The position numbers were made by a program, and so were the translations under genes. 34,416 bases of DNA from Thermosulfurimonas sp. (GTDB taxonomy: Bacteria; Desulfobacterota; Thermodesulfobacteria; Thermodesulfobacteriales; Thermodesulfobacteriaceae): the NCBI GenBank assembly GCA_015487645.1, contig WFPH01000204.1:1-34416 (forward strand), read 5' to 3'. Numbering within the stretch: position 1 is the first letter of the stretch; the number at the start of each line of letters is the position of its first letter. This document shows positions 1 to 8,143 of the stretch, in pieces. The notes under the pieces were generated by a model. The model was not told the DNA's origin. It ran no database searches and saw only the letters and a list, made by a program, of their open reading frames with translations.

Positions 1-168
1 AGGGACGTGGACCGTTTCCTGCGCCGCAAGGTGAAACCACTGGAACCGGTCTTCCCGGAAAGGTTCCTCGTCCTCGTCACTCACATGATCTCGGACCCGG
101 AAGTGGAGGATTACGCCCGGGATAAGGGCATAGCCCTCTACTACTCCTACCAGTTCAGGGAGGAGTGA
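1..168 (+). CDS. 3' end (partial) of a DUF3782-like / PD-(D/E)XK-fold protein
   Basis: Frame 1 is open from base 1: RDVDRFLRRKVKPLEPVFPERFLVLVTHMISDPEVEDYARDKGIALYYSYQFREE*. The 'DVDRF..K ... YAR..GIALY.SY' tail resembles the C-terminus of the 1450..2277 protein (DLYTFDRK...AEALGIEVYTY). Confidence 0.65.
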   Translation, partial: RDVDRFLRRKVKPLEPVFPERFLVLVTHMISDPEVEDYARDKGIALYYSYQFREE

Positions 169-247
169 AACTTCGTCCTCAAGTCCGAAGGCGGCCTCGT
201 CCACATCACCAGCGACCCCGACTTGGAATCCGTAAGCATGAGTAACA

Positions 248-1447
248 TTAGTAATCTTGCAAGTCATATTGGTCTGTAAGTTTAACTTTCTGATCAGTAT
301 TATTATCAGCCTCCACAGCATCCGAGTAGCAGATGGTAGCTACCTGGAGGCACTTCTGCTTACCAGGCCCCTTATCAGGCCTCTTACCGGGCCCCTCATC
401 ACCTCTTCCTCTAACAAAAATTTCAACACACTCTCCGGGGCCAAGCTTGTCAGGCCAAAAGGTATTGTTTTGCCATTTACAACTGTCCTGGCACTCACAC
501 CCCCAGTAAAGATCTTCACCAGATTGATTATAAACTTCATATCTGGTTCCATTTCCAAGTTGAAAATTGGTTGGAGGATTAATGGTCAAAGATAAGGTCT
601 TGCTCGTCGTATTATTGTCTTGATCACGCACCATAAAGGTTAAAGTAAAAGTATCAGTACCATTAGGTATGCCACTAATGTTAACATGAGAACAATTGCC
701 GCAGGGGGATGAATAATCATCAAGAGAAGCGTTGCAAGTTACGGTTAAATTGGCACTATTTAGATAGCTTGAGCCATTTACACACCATTCATATATACCT
801 CCAGGAAAAGGCACCCCTCCTTCCGCGTAAACCGTGGCATTGTAAGATGATCCCACGAATCCGTAGGGAAGCTCGTTGTTAAGGATGCGTAATCTCTCCT
901 CGGCATATTCGCACTTTAGCTTGGCCTTCAGCTCGTTGAGGGTCACGTAGCGGACGAGGTCGTCGTAGGCCCTCCCCGGCACGTGGATTTCTACGGTGTC
1001 GTTTCCTATGTCGGTCTGGAGCCTGTGGTCCGGCCCCTTGCTTATAAGAACAAAGGCGATATTCTCGTGGGTGGCGTTGTTGTCCATCTCGTCTACTACC
1101 TTAAGGGAAGTGGTGCGTCTCGCACAGGCGTCACAATAGGAGTTATAATTAGCTATTTCATCCGCTACCAGGCAGAGGAAGTCCTCCCGCCAGGCGTCGG
1201 TGCGATTGCGGAGGACGGAAAGATTACAGTATCCGAAAGCGGTGGAGGCGTTATCCGTGGCCGGAATGCATCCCCTGAACCCCCCTATGAGGGCCTCCAC
1301 ATTGGCGTCAAGCCGTTCCCGGGTCTGGTTGTAATGGACCCTCTTCACCAGAAGCCCTATTAGGCCTGCCCCCATACCCACCAGGAGGCCTATGAGCACC
1401 AAAACGATGGCCAGTTCGATGAGGGTGAAACCGCGCCGATGACGCAT
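248..1447 (-). CDS. Prepilin-type N-terminal cleavage/methylation protein (type IV pilin/T2SS pseudopilin-like) with putative Ig-like domain
   Basis: Basic leader, G|FTLIE motif and hydrophobic helix (MRHRRG-FTLIELAIVLVLIGLL). Ig-like segment LPYGFVGSSYNATVYAEGG...ISGIP...TFTLTFMVRD. Cys-rich. Confidence 0.85.
   Translation of the reverse strand: MRHRRGFTLIELAIVLVLIGLLVGMGAGLIGLLVKRVHYNQTRERLDANVEALIGGFRGCIPATDNASTAFGYCNLSVLRNRTDAWREDFLCLVADEIANYNSYCDACARRTTSLKVVDEMDNNATHENIAFVLISKGPDHRLQTDIGNDTVEIHVPGRAYDDLVRYVTLNELKAKLKCEYAEERLRILNNELPYGFVGSSYNATVYAEGGVPFPGGIYEWCVNGSSYLNSANLTVTCNASLDDYSSPCGNCSHVNISGIPNGTDTFTLTFMVRDQDNNTTSKTLSLTINPPTNFQLGNGTRYEVYNQSGEDLYWGCECQDSCKWQNNTFWPDKLGPGECVEIFVRGRGDEGPGKRPDKGPGKQKCLQVATICYSDAVEADNNTDQKVKLTDQYDLQDY
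359..406. repeat. Imperfect 24-bp tandem duplication inside the pilin-like gene
   Basis: cttaccaggccccttatcaggcct / cttaccgggcccctcatcacctct, encoding RGDEGPGK-RPDKGPGK on the minus strand. Confidence 0.7.
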
Positions 1448-1449
1448 CC

Positions 1450-2277
1450 TTACAACTCCTCGATATAGTCCGGATAGGTGTAGACCTCTATGCCCAGAGC
1501 CTCGGCCACCGGCAGGGCCTCCGGGGCCACCATGGGGGATACGATGATCTTCCTTTTCACCCGGCGGCCCTCCAGCTTTTCGAAAAATTTTACCTTGCGG
1601 TCGAAGGTGTAGAGGTCGGACTTGCTCATGGAGGACTTGATCTCCGCCGCGATCACTTCTCCGTCGCGGATGATGAGGTCAAGCTCTATCTGATCCGGCC
1701 GGCCGAAGACCTCGCCCTCCTCGTCTTTGGCCAGATAACGCTCCACCTTCACCGGAAAACTTTCTTCGAGGATGCCCTTTATGGCCTCTCTGAAAGAACT
1801 TTCCGCCCGAAGCCCCCAGCGGGCCCCTAACGCCCCAACTCCCACGTCATACATCCGGTGGAGCCTCTTTATTTCCTCTCCAAGCTCCCGCCACCGCTCC
1901 TCGCTTTCTTCGCGCAGCCGCTTTATCTCCTCCAGGGATTTCTGCCACCGGCGGTCGCTCTCCTCCTTAAGTTCCCGCCATCTGCGTTCGCTCTCCTCCT
2001 TGAACTTGAGATATTCCCGCCACCGCTCCTCGCTTTCCTCCCGGAGCCGCCGCATCTCCTCCTGGAACTCTTCCCGCATGGACTTGAGCTCCGCCAGCAT
2101 CTTTTCGAACCGGTCCTCGGTCTCCCTGCGCCCGGCAAACCGCTCCCGACCCACCTCGGAAATCACCCGCTCAAGAAAGGCCCGTATCTCAGGATCGGTC
2201 CGCACCAAGCGCGGAACCTCCCGGAAAATGATCTTCCGCACCTCTTCCGGGCTAAGAGAATCCAGAATCTCGGCCAT
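1450..2277 (-). CDS. DUF3782-like coiled-coil protein with C-terminal PD-(D/E)XK nuclease-like domain
   Basis: Four EES(E/D)(E/R)RW coiled-coil repeats, GALGARWG motif and ELDLIIRDGEVIAAEIKS (D...ExK). Confidence 0.8.
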   Translation of the reverse strand: MAEILDSLSPEEVRKIIFREVPRLVRTDPEIRAFLERVISEVGRERFAGRRETEDRFEKMLAELKSMREEFQEEMRRLREESEERWREYLKFKEESERRWRELKEESDRRWQKSLEEIKRLREESEERWRELGEEIKRLHRMYDVGVGALGARWGLRAESSFREAIKGILEESFPVKVERYLAKDEEGEVFGRPDQIELDLIIRDGEVIAAEIKSSMSKSDLYTFDRKVKFFEKLEGRRVKRKIIVSPMVAPEALPVAEALGIEVYTYPDYIEEL

Positions 2278-2285
2278 CGTGTAAA

Positions 2286-2404
2286 GAGACCTCTGAAACT
2301 ATCCCCCTCCCTTCGGGAGGGGATAGGGGAGGGGAAGAAAAACCTTAAAATTCCCCCTCCCAAACTCTCCCCACAGGGGGAGGGTGAACTTTTCTAAAGG
2401 TCTT
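2286..2404. mobile_element. MITE-like repeat, copy 1
   Basis: Ends gagacctctgaaa / ttttctaaaggtctt. Internal CCCCTCCCTTCGGGAGGGG palindrome and CTCCCCACAGGGGGAG module shared with the other copies. Confidence 0.7.
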
Positions 2405-2423
2405 CAATTTAATTTTAGGTTTA

Positions 2424-3080
2424 TTAGGCCTTATCTGTCAAATTTTCGGGAAGGGAAAGCCCTTCCTTTTCCGCAAGGGCCCGCACGTAGTGCCAATCTC
2501 CGTTTCGGATCCACTCCGGAATGGGGGCCAGGGCAAGGCGGGTGAAGACGGCCCGGCGTTCCCCCTCGGGAAGCCCTCGAGAGAGTATCTCCTTTCGCCA
2601 GCGGGCCATAAGTTCCAAATATACTTCCCACTCCGGCCCGAACTCCTCTTCAAGCCTTTCACGGATCCTCCTTGCCGTGGCGGGGCTTGCCCCCGAGGTG
2701 GAGATGGCCAGTTGCAACCGCCCTCGCCGCACCACCGAGGGCACGATGAAGGAGCAGAGTTCCGGTCGATCCACCACGTTGCAAAAGATTCCGTTCTTTT
2801 CCGCCTCGGAGAAGACAGCCTTTTGAACTTCTGGATCATCAGTTGCGGCCACACAGAGCCAGGCCCCGGAAAGGTCTCCCTCCCGGTAAGGGCGCTTTTC
2901 GAGCTCAACGAGGCCCTCTTTGGCCCACCTTTCTATGCATAGCGTAACCTCCGGAGCAATGACCCGTACCCGGGCCCCGGCGGAAAGAAGGGTTTCCACC
3001 TTCCTTTCCGCCACCTCTCCGCCCCCCACCACCACGCAGAGCCTCCCAGAAAGATTCAAAAACACTGGATAATATCTCAT
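2424..3080 (-). CDS. sirC: Precorrin-2 dehydrogenase / sirohydrochlorin ferrochelatase (CysG N-terminal-like)
   Basis: MRYYPVFLNL...VVVGGGEVAERK Rossmann motif, NVVD.PE.C.F..P and ISTSGASP. Start placed at the ATG at 3080 (AGGGA SD) rather than 3167, which lies in the repeat. Confidence 0.9.
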   Translation of the reverse strand: MRYYPVFLNLSGRLCVVVGGGEVAERKVETLLSAGARVRVIAPEVTLCIERWAKEGLVELEKRPYREGDLSGAWLCVAATDDPEVQKAVFSEAEKNGIFCNVVDRPELCSFIVPSVVRRGRLQLAISTSGASPATARRIRERLEEEFGPEWEVYLELMARWRKEILSRGLPEGERRAVFTRLALAPIPEWIRNGDWHYVRALAEKEGLSLPENLTDKA

Positions 3081-3124
3081 GTTCCCTATCATACTTCTTG
3101 AACCCCTCCGCATACAAGGGGTAT

Positions 3125-3174
3125 GATTTTCACCCCCTTCCCACAGGAGGGAGGGGAAGTTTTGCAAGGGTGGC
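3125..3174. mobile_element. MITE-like repeat, copy 2 (truncated, right half only)
   Basis: cccccttcccacaggagggaggggaagttttgcaagggtggc matches the right module and TTTTGCAAAG end of copies 3-5. Confidence 0.55.
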
Positions 3175-3204
3175 GAAAACCGGGTTAATGTTTGGAAAAA
3201 GTGT

Positions 3205-4323
3205 ATGAGACTGATTGATCCCGCGCCTTACATAGAGCACACGCTTCTTAAGCCCACGGCTAAGGCCGAGGACATAGAAAGGCTCTGTGCGGAAGCGCTG
3301 GAGTTCAGTATGGCCGGGGTGTGCGTGCCTCCGGTTTTTGTGCCGATGGCCCGCAGGCTTCTTTCCGGAAGTGGGGTACGGGTGGTCACGGTGGTGGGTT
3401 TTCCCCTGGGGTTTGAACCGGTGGAAATCAAGGTGGCCCAGGCCGAACTCTACACTGACCTCGGGGCCGAGGAACTGGACATGGTGTTGAATCTTACCCT
3501 TCTTAAGTCCGGAGAGCTTAAGGAGGTCCTCTCCGAGATTGAGGAGGTGGTGCGGGCCGCGGAACCCGCTCCGGTGAAGGTGATCCTTGAGTGCGTCTAT
3601 CTTACCGAGGCCGAAAAGAAGGAGCTTTCCCGCCGGATTCCCGAGACCGGTGCGGCCTATCTTAAGACCGCCACTGGTTTCGGCCCCGGGGGAGCTACGC
3701 TTGAGGATGTGAGGCTTCTTAAGGAGGCCTCCGGAGGGCGCATCCGGATCAAGGCCGCAGGTGGCATACGCACCTTAGAACAATGCTTAGCCTTTATTCG
3801 CGCGGGGGCCGAGCGCATCGGGACCAGCTCCGGGGCGGATATCGTGAGCGAATACTTGGCCCTCTCCCAGGGCGAGGCCCTTCCGGAGGTAGAGGTCTTC
3901 GTGGACGGGGCCTGTCTCGGGAATCCCGGACCCGGAGGATTTGCGGCCATCCTTAAGGCCCGGGGCCAGGAAAAGGTTATTACCGGTGGCGAGCCCCAGA
4001 CCACCAACAATCGTATGGAACTTCGCGCGGCCATAGAGGCCCTGCGGGCCCTAAAGTGCCCCTGCCAGGTGAAGATCCACACCGACTCCCGCTACCTTAT
4101 TCAGGGGGCCACGGAATGGCTTCCACGGTGGAAAAAGAACGAGTTTCGGACCGCGGATAAAAAACCAGTCAAAAACCGCGACCTCTGGGAGGAACTTTCC
4201 CGTCTTATGAGAACTCACCGGGTGGAGTGGATTTGGGTTGAGGGCCACGCGGGACATCCGGAAAATGAACGCTGCGACCGCCTGGCCCGCAAGGAGGCCG
4301 AGAAGTGGAAAAGATCCTCGTAG
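3205..4323 (+). CDS. deoC-rnhA: Fused deoxyribose-phosphate aldolase (DeoC) + ribonuclease HI
   Basis: About aa 1-220: [43 protein letters not shown]. About aa 228-372: [50 protein letters not shown]. Single uninterrupted frame. Confidence 0.92.
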   Translation: MRLIDPAPYIEHTLLKPTAKAEDIERLCAEALEFSMAGVCVPPVFVPMARRLLSGSGVRVVTVVGFPLGFEPVEIKVAQAELYTDLGAEELDMVLNLTLLKSGELKEVLSEIEEVVRAAEPAPVKVILECVYLTEAEKKELSRRIPETGAAYLKTATGFGPGGATLEDVRLLKEASGGRIRIKAAGGIRTLEQCLAFIRAGAERIGTSSGADIVSEYLALSQGEALPEVEVFVDGACLGNPGPGGFAAILKARGQEKVITGGEPQTTNNRMELRAAIEALRALKCPCQVKIHTDSRYLIQGATEWLPRWKKNEFRTADKKPVKNRDLWEELSRLMRTHRVEWIWVEGHAGHPENERCDRLARKEAEKWKRSS

Positions 4324-4865
4324 GAATAACCGGAGCCAGCGGGGCGCCCTATGCCGTGGCCTTTCTTGAACTTTTGCGAGAGCTCGGGGTCTCCACGGAG
4401 GTGGTGATCACTGATCCCGGGGTAGAGGTCCTGCGGCACGAAACCAGACTCGGTCTGGAGGATCTTTCCCGGCTAACCGGGAGACTCTACCGGGAGGATG
4501 AAATCTCTGCCCCCCCGGCCAGTGGTTCGGCCCTTTACCGGGCCATGGTGGTAATTCCTTGCAGCATGGGAACCCTTTCGGCCATAGCCCATGGGGCGGC
4601 CCGGAATCTGCTGCAGCGGGCTGCCGATGTTATGCTTAAGGAACGCCGGCCCCTGGTGCTCGCCGTACGAGAAGCTCCGTTTAGCCTTATTCACCTGCGC
4701 AATATGCTCGCGGTGGCCGAAGCTGGAGCCGTGATTTATCCGGCCATGCCAGCCTTTTATCACAACCCCCGGGATCTCGATGATATGGTAAGATTCTTCG
4801 TTAAACGGCTTGCCGAGTTTCTGGGCTTGAGAGTAAAGGATCTTCCGCGCTGGAATGGTTTATAA
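4305..4865 (+). CDS. ubiX: Flavin prenyltransferase UbiX
   Basis: [40 protein letters not shown] and PAMPAFY. Confidence 0.93.
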   Translation: MEKILVGITGASGAPYAVAFLELLRELGVSTEVVITDPGVEVLRHETRLGLEDLSRLTGRLYREDEISAPPASGSALYRAMVVIPCSMGTLSAIAHGAARNLLQRAADVMLKERRPLVLAVREAPFSLIHLRNMLAVAEAGAVIYPAMPAFYHNPRDLDDMVRFFVKRLAEFLGLRVKDLPRWNGL

Positions 4866-4939
4866 TCAAGCAAACCGAGAGCGCGAGAAATTGATTTTAA
4901 AGAGGCTGAGGCCTGAAAAACTGCTTAGGAAAGAAGCAG

Positions 4940-5794
4940 GTGCTTAGAAAGATCCGACTTTTACTGGAGATGATCAAGTTTGAGCACACCATCTTTGCCC
5001 TGCCCTTCGCCTATGCTGGGGCGGTGCTGGCGGCCAAAGGATTTCCGGATCCGAAGACCGCCCTTCTCATCCTGGGCTGCATGGTGGGAGCACGCACCGC
5101 GGCCATGACCTTTAACCGCCTGGCGGACCTCCCTTTTGATGCCGAAAATCCCCGCACCCGCAACCGGCACCTAGTGGTGGGGCTAGTTCGCCCCGGTGAG
5201 GCCTGGGCCTTATTCTTTGTGGCCTCCTTCGTCTACTTCCTCTGCGCTGCAGGCCTCAACCCCCTTACACTCAAGCTCTCCCCCATCGCCTATATGGTCA
5301 TCCTGATTTACTCTTACACCAAACGTTTCACCTGGCTGTGTCACGTTTTTCTTGGATTGGCTCTGGCCCTGGCTCCCCTGGGGGGCTACGTGGCCGTTAA
5401 GGGAAACTTCGCGGAAGAGGGCATCTTCGTTTTGGCTTTGGGGGTTATCTTCTGGGTGGCGGGTTTCGATGTCCTTTATGCTTGTATGGATGAAGAGTTT
5501 GACCGTCGGGCTGGACTCCATTCCATTCCGGCCCGTTTCGGACGCCGCCGGGCCTTTCGCCTCTCGGCGTTCTTTCACGCCCTGGCCTTTCTTCTGTTTG
5601 CGGCCGCTGGATATCTTTTCGCCCTCTCTTATCTATATTACGCGGCTCTTTTGCTAACCGGAATTCTTTTCGTGGCCCAGAGGGTTACCGTAAACCCGAA
5701 GGATCTTTCCGGGCTCGACATGGCTTTTTTCACCTTTAACGGAGCCATAAGCGTGGTAATATTCCTGGGAGTGTTGTTAGACTATCTAATTTAG
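4940..5794 (+). CDS. ubiA: UbiA-family polyprenyltransferase (MqnP-like, futalosine menaquinone pathway)
   Basis: MIKFEHTIFALPF, MTFNRLAD..FDAENPRT..R, YSYTKRFT and GFDVLYACMD..FD; multiple TM helices. Confidence 0.88.
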   Translation: MLRKIRLLLEMIKFEHTIFALPFAYAGAVLAAKGFPDPKTALLILGCMVGARTAAMTFNRLADLPFDAENPRTRNRHLVVGLVRPGEAWALFFVASFVYFLCAAGLNPLTLKLSPIAYMVILIYSYTKRFTWLCHVFLGLALALAPLGGYVAVKGNFAEEGIFVLALGVIFWVAGFDVLYACMDEEFDRRAGLHSIPARFGRRRAFRLSAFFHALAFLLFAAAGYLFALSYLYYAALLLTGILFVAQRVTVNPKDLSGLDMAFFTFNGAISVVIFLGVLLDYLI

Positions 5795-5814
5795 GCGGAA
5801 GGAGTGGTTTCTCT

Positions 5815-6285
5815 ATGGAGCGTATTCCTTTTACGCCCGAGGGTTTCCAGCGCCTAAAGGCCGAGCTCGAACGCTTGAAGACTGTGGAGAGAAGGGATGT
5901 GGTCAAGGCCATTGAGGAAGCCCGGGCCCACGGTGACATTTCGGAGAATGCCGAGTACGAGGCCGCTAAGGAAAGACAAGCCCATATCGAGGGCCGGATC
6001 CAGGAACTTTCGGATCGGTTGAGCCGAGCCGAAGTGATCGAACCTCCCAAGGAACCCCCGGAGAAAGTGCAGTTTGGGGTGCGGGTGAAGCTTCTCGACC
6101 TGGACACCGATGAAGAAGTGGTTTATCGCCTGGTGGGGCCGTATGAATCGGATGTGGAGCGGGGGCTCATCTCGGTAACTTCTCCGCTGGGGCGAGCCCT
6201 CATCGGGAAAGAAGTGGGAGACGAGATCGAGGTGCGGACGCCTTCAGGGGTGCGCCATTTCGAGATTCTTGAGATCGAGGTCTGA
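5815..6285 (+). CDS. greA: Transcription elongation factor GreA
   Basis: EARAHGDISENAEYEAAKE and ISVTSPLGRALIGK; SD AAGGAG. Confidence 0.96.
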   Translation: MERIPFTPEGFQRLKAELERLKTVERRDVVKAIEEARAHGDISENAEYEAAKERQAHIEGRIQELSDRLSRAEVIEPPKEPPEKVQFGVRVKLLDLDTDEEVVYRLVGPYESDVERGLISVTSPLGRALIGKEVGDEIEVRTPSGVRHFEILEIEV

Positions 6286-6749
6286 TGCTAGCGGAGACTG
6301 AACGCCGTCTCCTGGATCGTCTTCAGCAGGGTTTACCTCTAGAGCCGCGGCCCTTTGCCCGCCTGGCCGAGGAACTGGGGCTTACAGAGTCTCAGGTGCT
6401 TGAGATCCTGCGTTTTCTTAAGGAACAAGGTGTTTTGCGGCATTTGGGAGCCAGCCCGGATTCCCATCGGCTAGGTTTTGTGACCACCCTGGCCGCTGTG
6501 GCGGTGCCTGGGGAGAAGACGGAAGAAGCCGCCTGGAAAATTGCGGCTCGTCCGGAGGTTACTCATTGCTATATCCGGCGTCACCGGATGAATATCTGGT
6601 TCACGCTCGTGGCCCGAGATTTCGACGAGGTGGAGCGCATACTGGAGGGAATTTCCCATGAACTTGGCGTAGAGGTGCGACACTTCCCAGCTGAAAGGCT
6701 ATTCAAGCTCCGGGCCACCTTTAGGCTTGAATCTTACTCAAAAACGTAG
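6285..6749 (+). CDS. ahbA: Siroheme decarboxylase subunit (AhbA/NirD-like, Lrp/AsnC fold)
   Basis: LQQGLPLEPRPFARLAEELG and VTHCYIRRH..NIWFT; TGATG coupling to greA. Confidence 0.8.
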   Translation: MLAETERRLLDRLQQGLPLEPRPFARLAEELGLTESQVLEILRFLKEQGVLRHLGASPDSHRLGFVTTLAAVAVPGEKTEEAAWKIAARPEVTHCYIRRHRMNIWFTLVARDFDEVERILEGISHELGVEVRHFPAERLFKLRATFRLESYSKT

Positions 6750-6757
6750 AATTCTAC

Positions 6758-6855
6758 GAGACCTTTGAATAACATTCCCCTCCCTTTGGGAGCAGGGGAA
6801 GTTTTTTCCCACTCAGCCTTCCCCAGAGGGGGAGGACAAGTTTTGCAAAGCTCTC
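6758..6855. mobile_element. MITE-like repeat, copy 3
   Basis: Ends gagacctttgaataa / ttttgcaaagctctc; internal ttcccctccctttgggag and ccccagagggggagg. Confidence 0.75.
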
Positions 6856-6909
6856 ATCTAAGAAAGCTCTTTTGCTTAGATAGAAGTAGGAGGACTTAGA
6901 AAGGCCCTC

Positions 6910-6938
6910 TTGCATCCTTTATCCTTAAAACTTATAGT
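6910..6938 (+). promoter_or_regulatory. Sigma70-type promoter of the ino1 operon
   Basis: TTGCAT (6910-6915), 17 nt spacer, TATAGT (6933-6938). Confidence 0.65.
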
Positions 6939-7033
6939 TATGGCAGCCCGTTTTTTCTCGGGAGAGGCTACCTCTCTGAGGCGGGTTCACAACTCGGCTT
7001 GATTTCAGCAAAATTTGAGAAGGAGGGGAGGTT

Positions 7034-8143
7034 ATGGCGGAGAAGAAGGTCAGACTTGCCATTGTGGGCGTCGGAAACTGTGCCAGCTCTCTCATCCAGG
7101 GCATCTATTACTACAAGGAGAAAGGCCTCGAGGCCATCAAGGGTGTGATGTTTCCGGAGATCGGTGGTTATCATCCTTGGGACGTGGAGGTAGTGGCGGC
7201 CTGGGACGTGGACGCCCGCAAGGTGGGCAAGGACGTGGCCGAAGCCATCTTCTCTCCTCCTAACTGCACCACGGTTTTTTACCCGGATGTTCCCAAGACC
7301 GGGGTTAAGGTGCGGCGGGGTAAAACCCTTGACGGCTGCGCCGGGCACATGAAGGATTACCCCGAGGGGCGGACCTTCGTGCTCTCGGAGGAGAAGGAAG
7401 ACGAACTCGAAGATGTAGTGGCGGTCCTCAAGGACACCGGGGCGGATGTTCTCATTAATTATGTGCCCGTGGGTTCGGAGGAAGCGGCCCGCTTCTATGC
7501 CGAGGCCTGCCTCAGAGCCGGGGTGGCCTTTGTGAACGCCATGCCCACCTTTATCGTCTCGGACAAAGAGTGGGGAGAACGCTTCACCAAGGAGGGCATT
7601 CCCGCGGTGGGCGATGACATCAAGAGTCAGGTAGGAGCCACCATTGTGCACCGGACGCTCGCTCAGCTCATGATTGACCGGGGGGTGCCCATCAAGCGCA
7701 CTTATCAGCTCAATTTCGGAGGTAACACCGACTTCCTCAACATGCTCGCCCGCGAGCGCCTCAAGACCAAGAAGGTTTCGAAGACCGAGGCGGTTTCTAG
7801 CCTCATTCCCTACGATATAGGGAGTGAAAACATCCACATTGGACCCTCGGACTACGTGCCCTGGCTCAAGGACAACAAGATCGCCTATATCCGGCTCGAG
7901 GGTGAACTTTTCGGTGGGGTGCCCATGTATATCGAGCTCAAGCTCAGCGTGGAAGACTCGCCCAACTCCGCGGGCTCGGCCATGGATGCCATCCGTTGTG
8001 CGAAGCTCGCCAAGGATCGGGGGATCGGCGGGCCGCTCATTTCCATCTCGGCCTACACCATGAAGCATCCCCCGGAGCAATATCCGGATTGGAAGGCCCG
8101 TCAGATGACCTTGGAGTTTATCGAGGGTAAACGTGAACGATAA
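7034..8143 (+). CDS. ino1: Myo-inositol-1-phosphate synthase
   Basis: AIVGVGNCASSL.QG, NYVPVGSEEA, GDDIKSQVGATI.HR, QLNFGGNTDFLNM and EDSPNSAG; strong SD. Confidence 0.95.
   Translation: MAEKKVRLAIVGVGNCASSLIQGIYYYKEKGLEAIKGVMFPEIGGYHPWDVEVVAAWDVDARKVGKDVAEAIFSPPNCTTVFYPDVPKTGVKVRRGKTLDGCAGHMKDYPEGRTFVLSEEKEDELEDVVAVLKDTGADVLINYVPVGSEEAARFYAEACLRAGVAFVNAMPTFIVSDKEWGERFTKEGIPAVGDDIKSQVGATIVHRTLAQLMIDRGVPIKRTYQLNFGGNTDFLNMLARERLKTKKVSKTEAVSSLIPYDIGSENIHIGPSDYVPWLKDNKIAYIRLEGELFGGVPMYIELKLSVEDSPNSAGSAMDAIRCAKLAKDRGIGGPLISISAYTMKHPPEQYPDWKARQMTLEFIEGKRER

Noticed and set aside
248-2277. Diversity-generating retroelement or invertible shufflon acting on the pilin
   Set aside because: No reverse transcriptase, template/variable repeat pair, recombinase or flanking inversion sites are visible in the window.
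3081-3167. N-terminal extension of sirC in the ORF track (also 24215..24334 for the hypothetical gene)
   Set aside because: These extensions run into repeat DNA; better SD-supported starts lie downstream.
6856-6881. ATCTAAG...CTTAGAT inverted repeat after MITE copy 3
   Set aside because: Weak AT-rich stem with no U-tract; cannot be called a terminator or an operator.
6968-8080. 370-aa antisense ORF over ino1
   Set aside because: Codon-register shadow of a strongly biased gene; no recognisable motifs.
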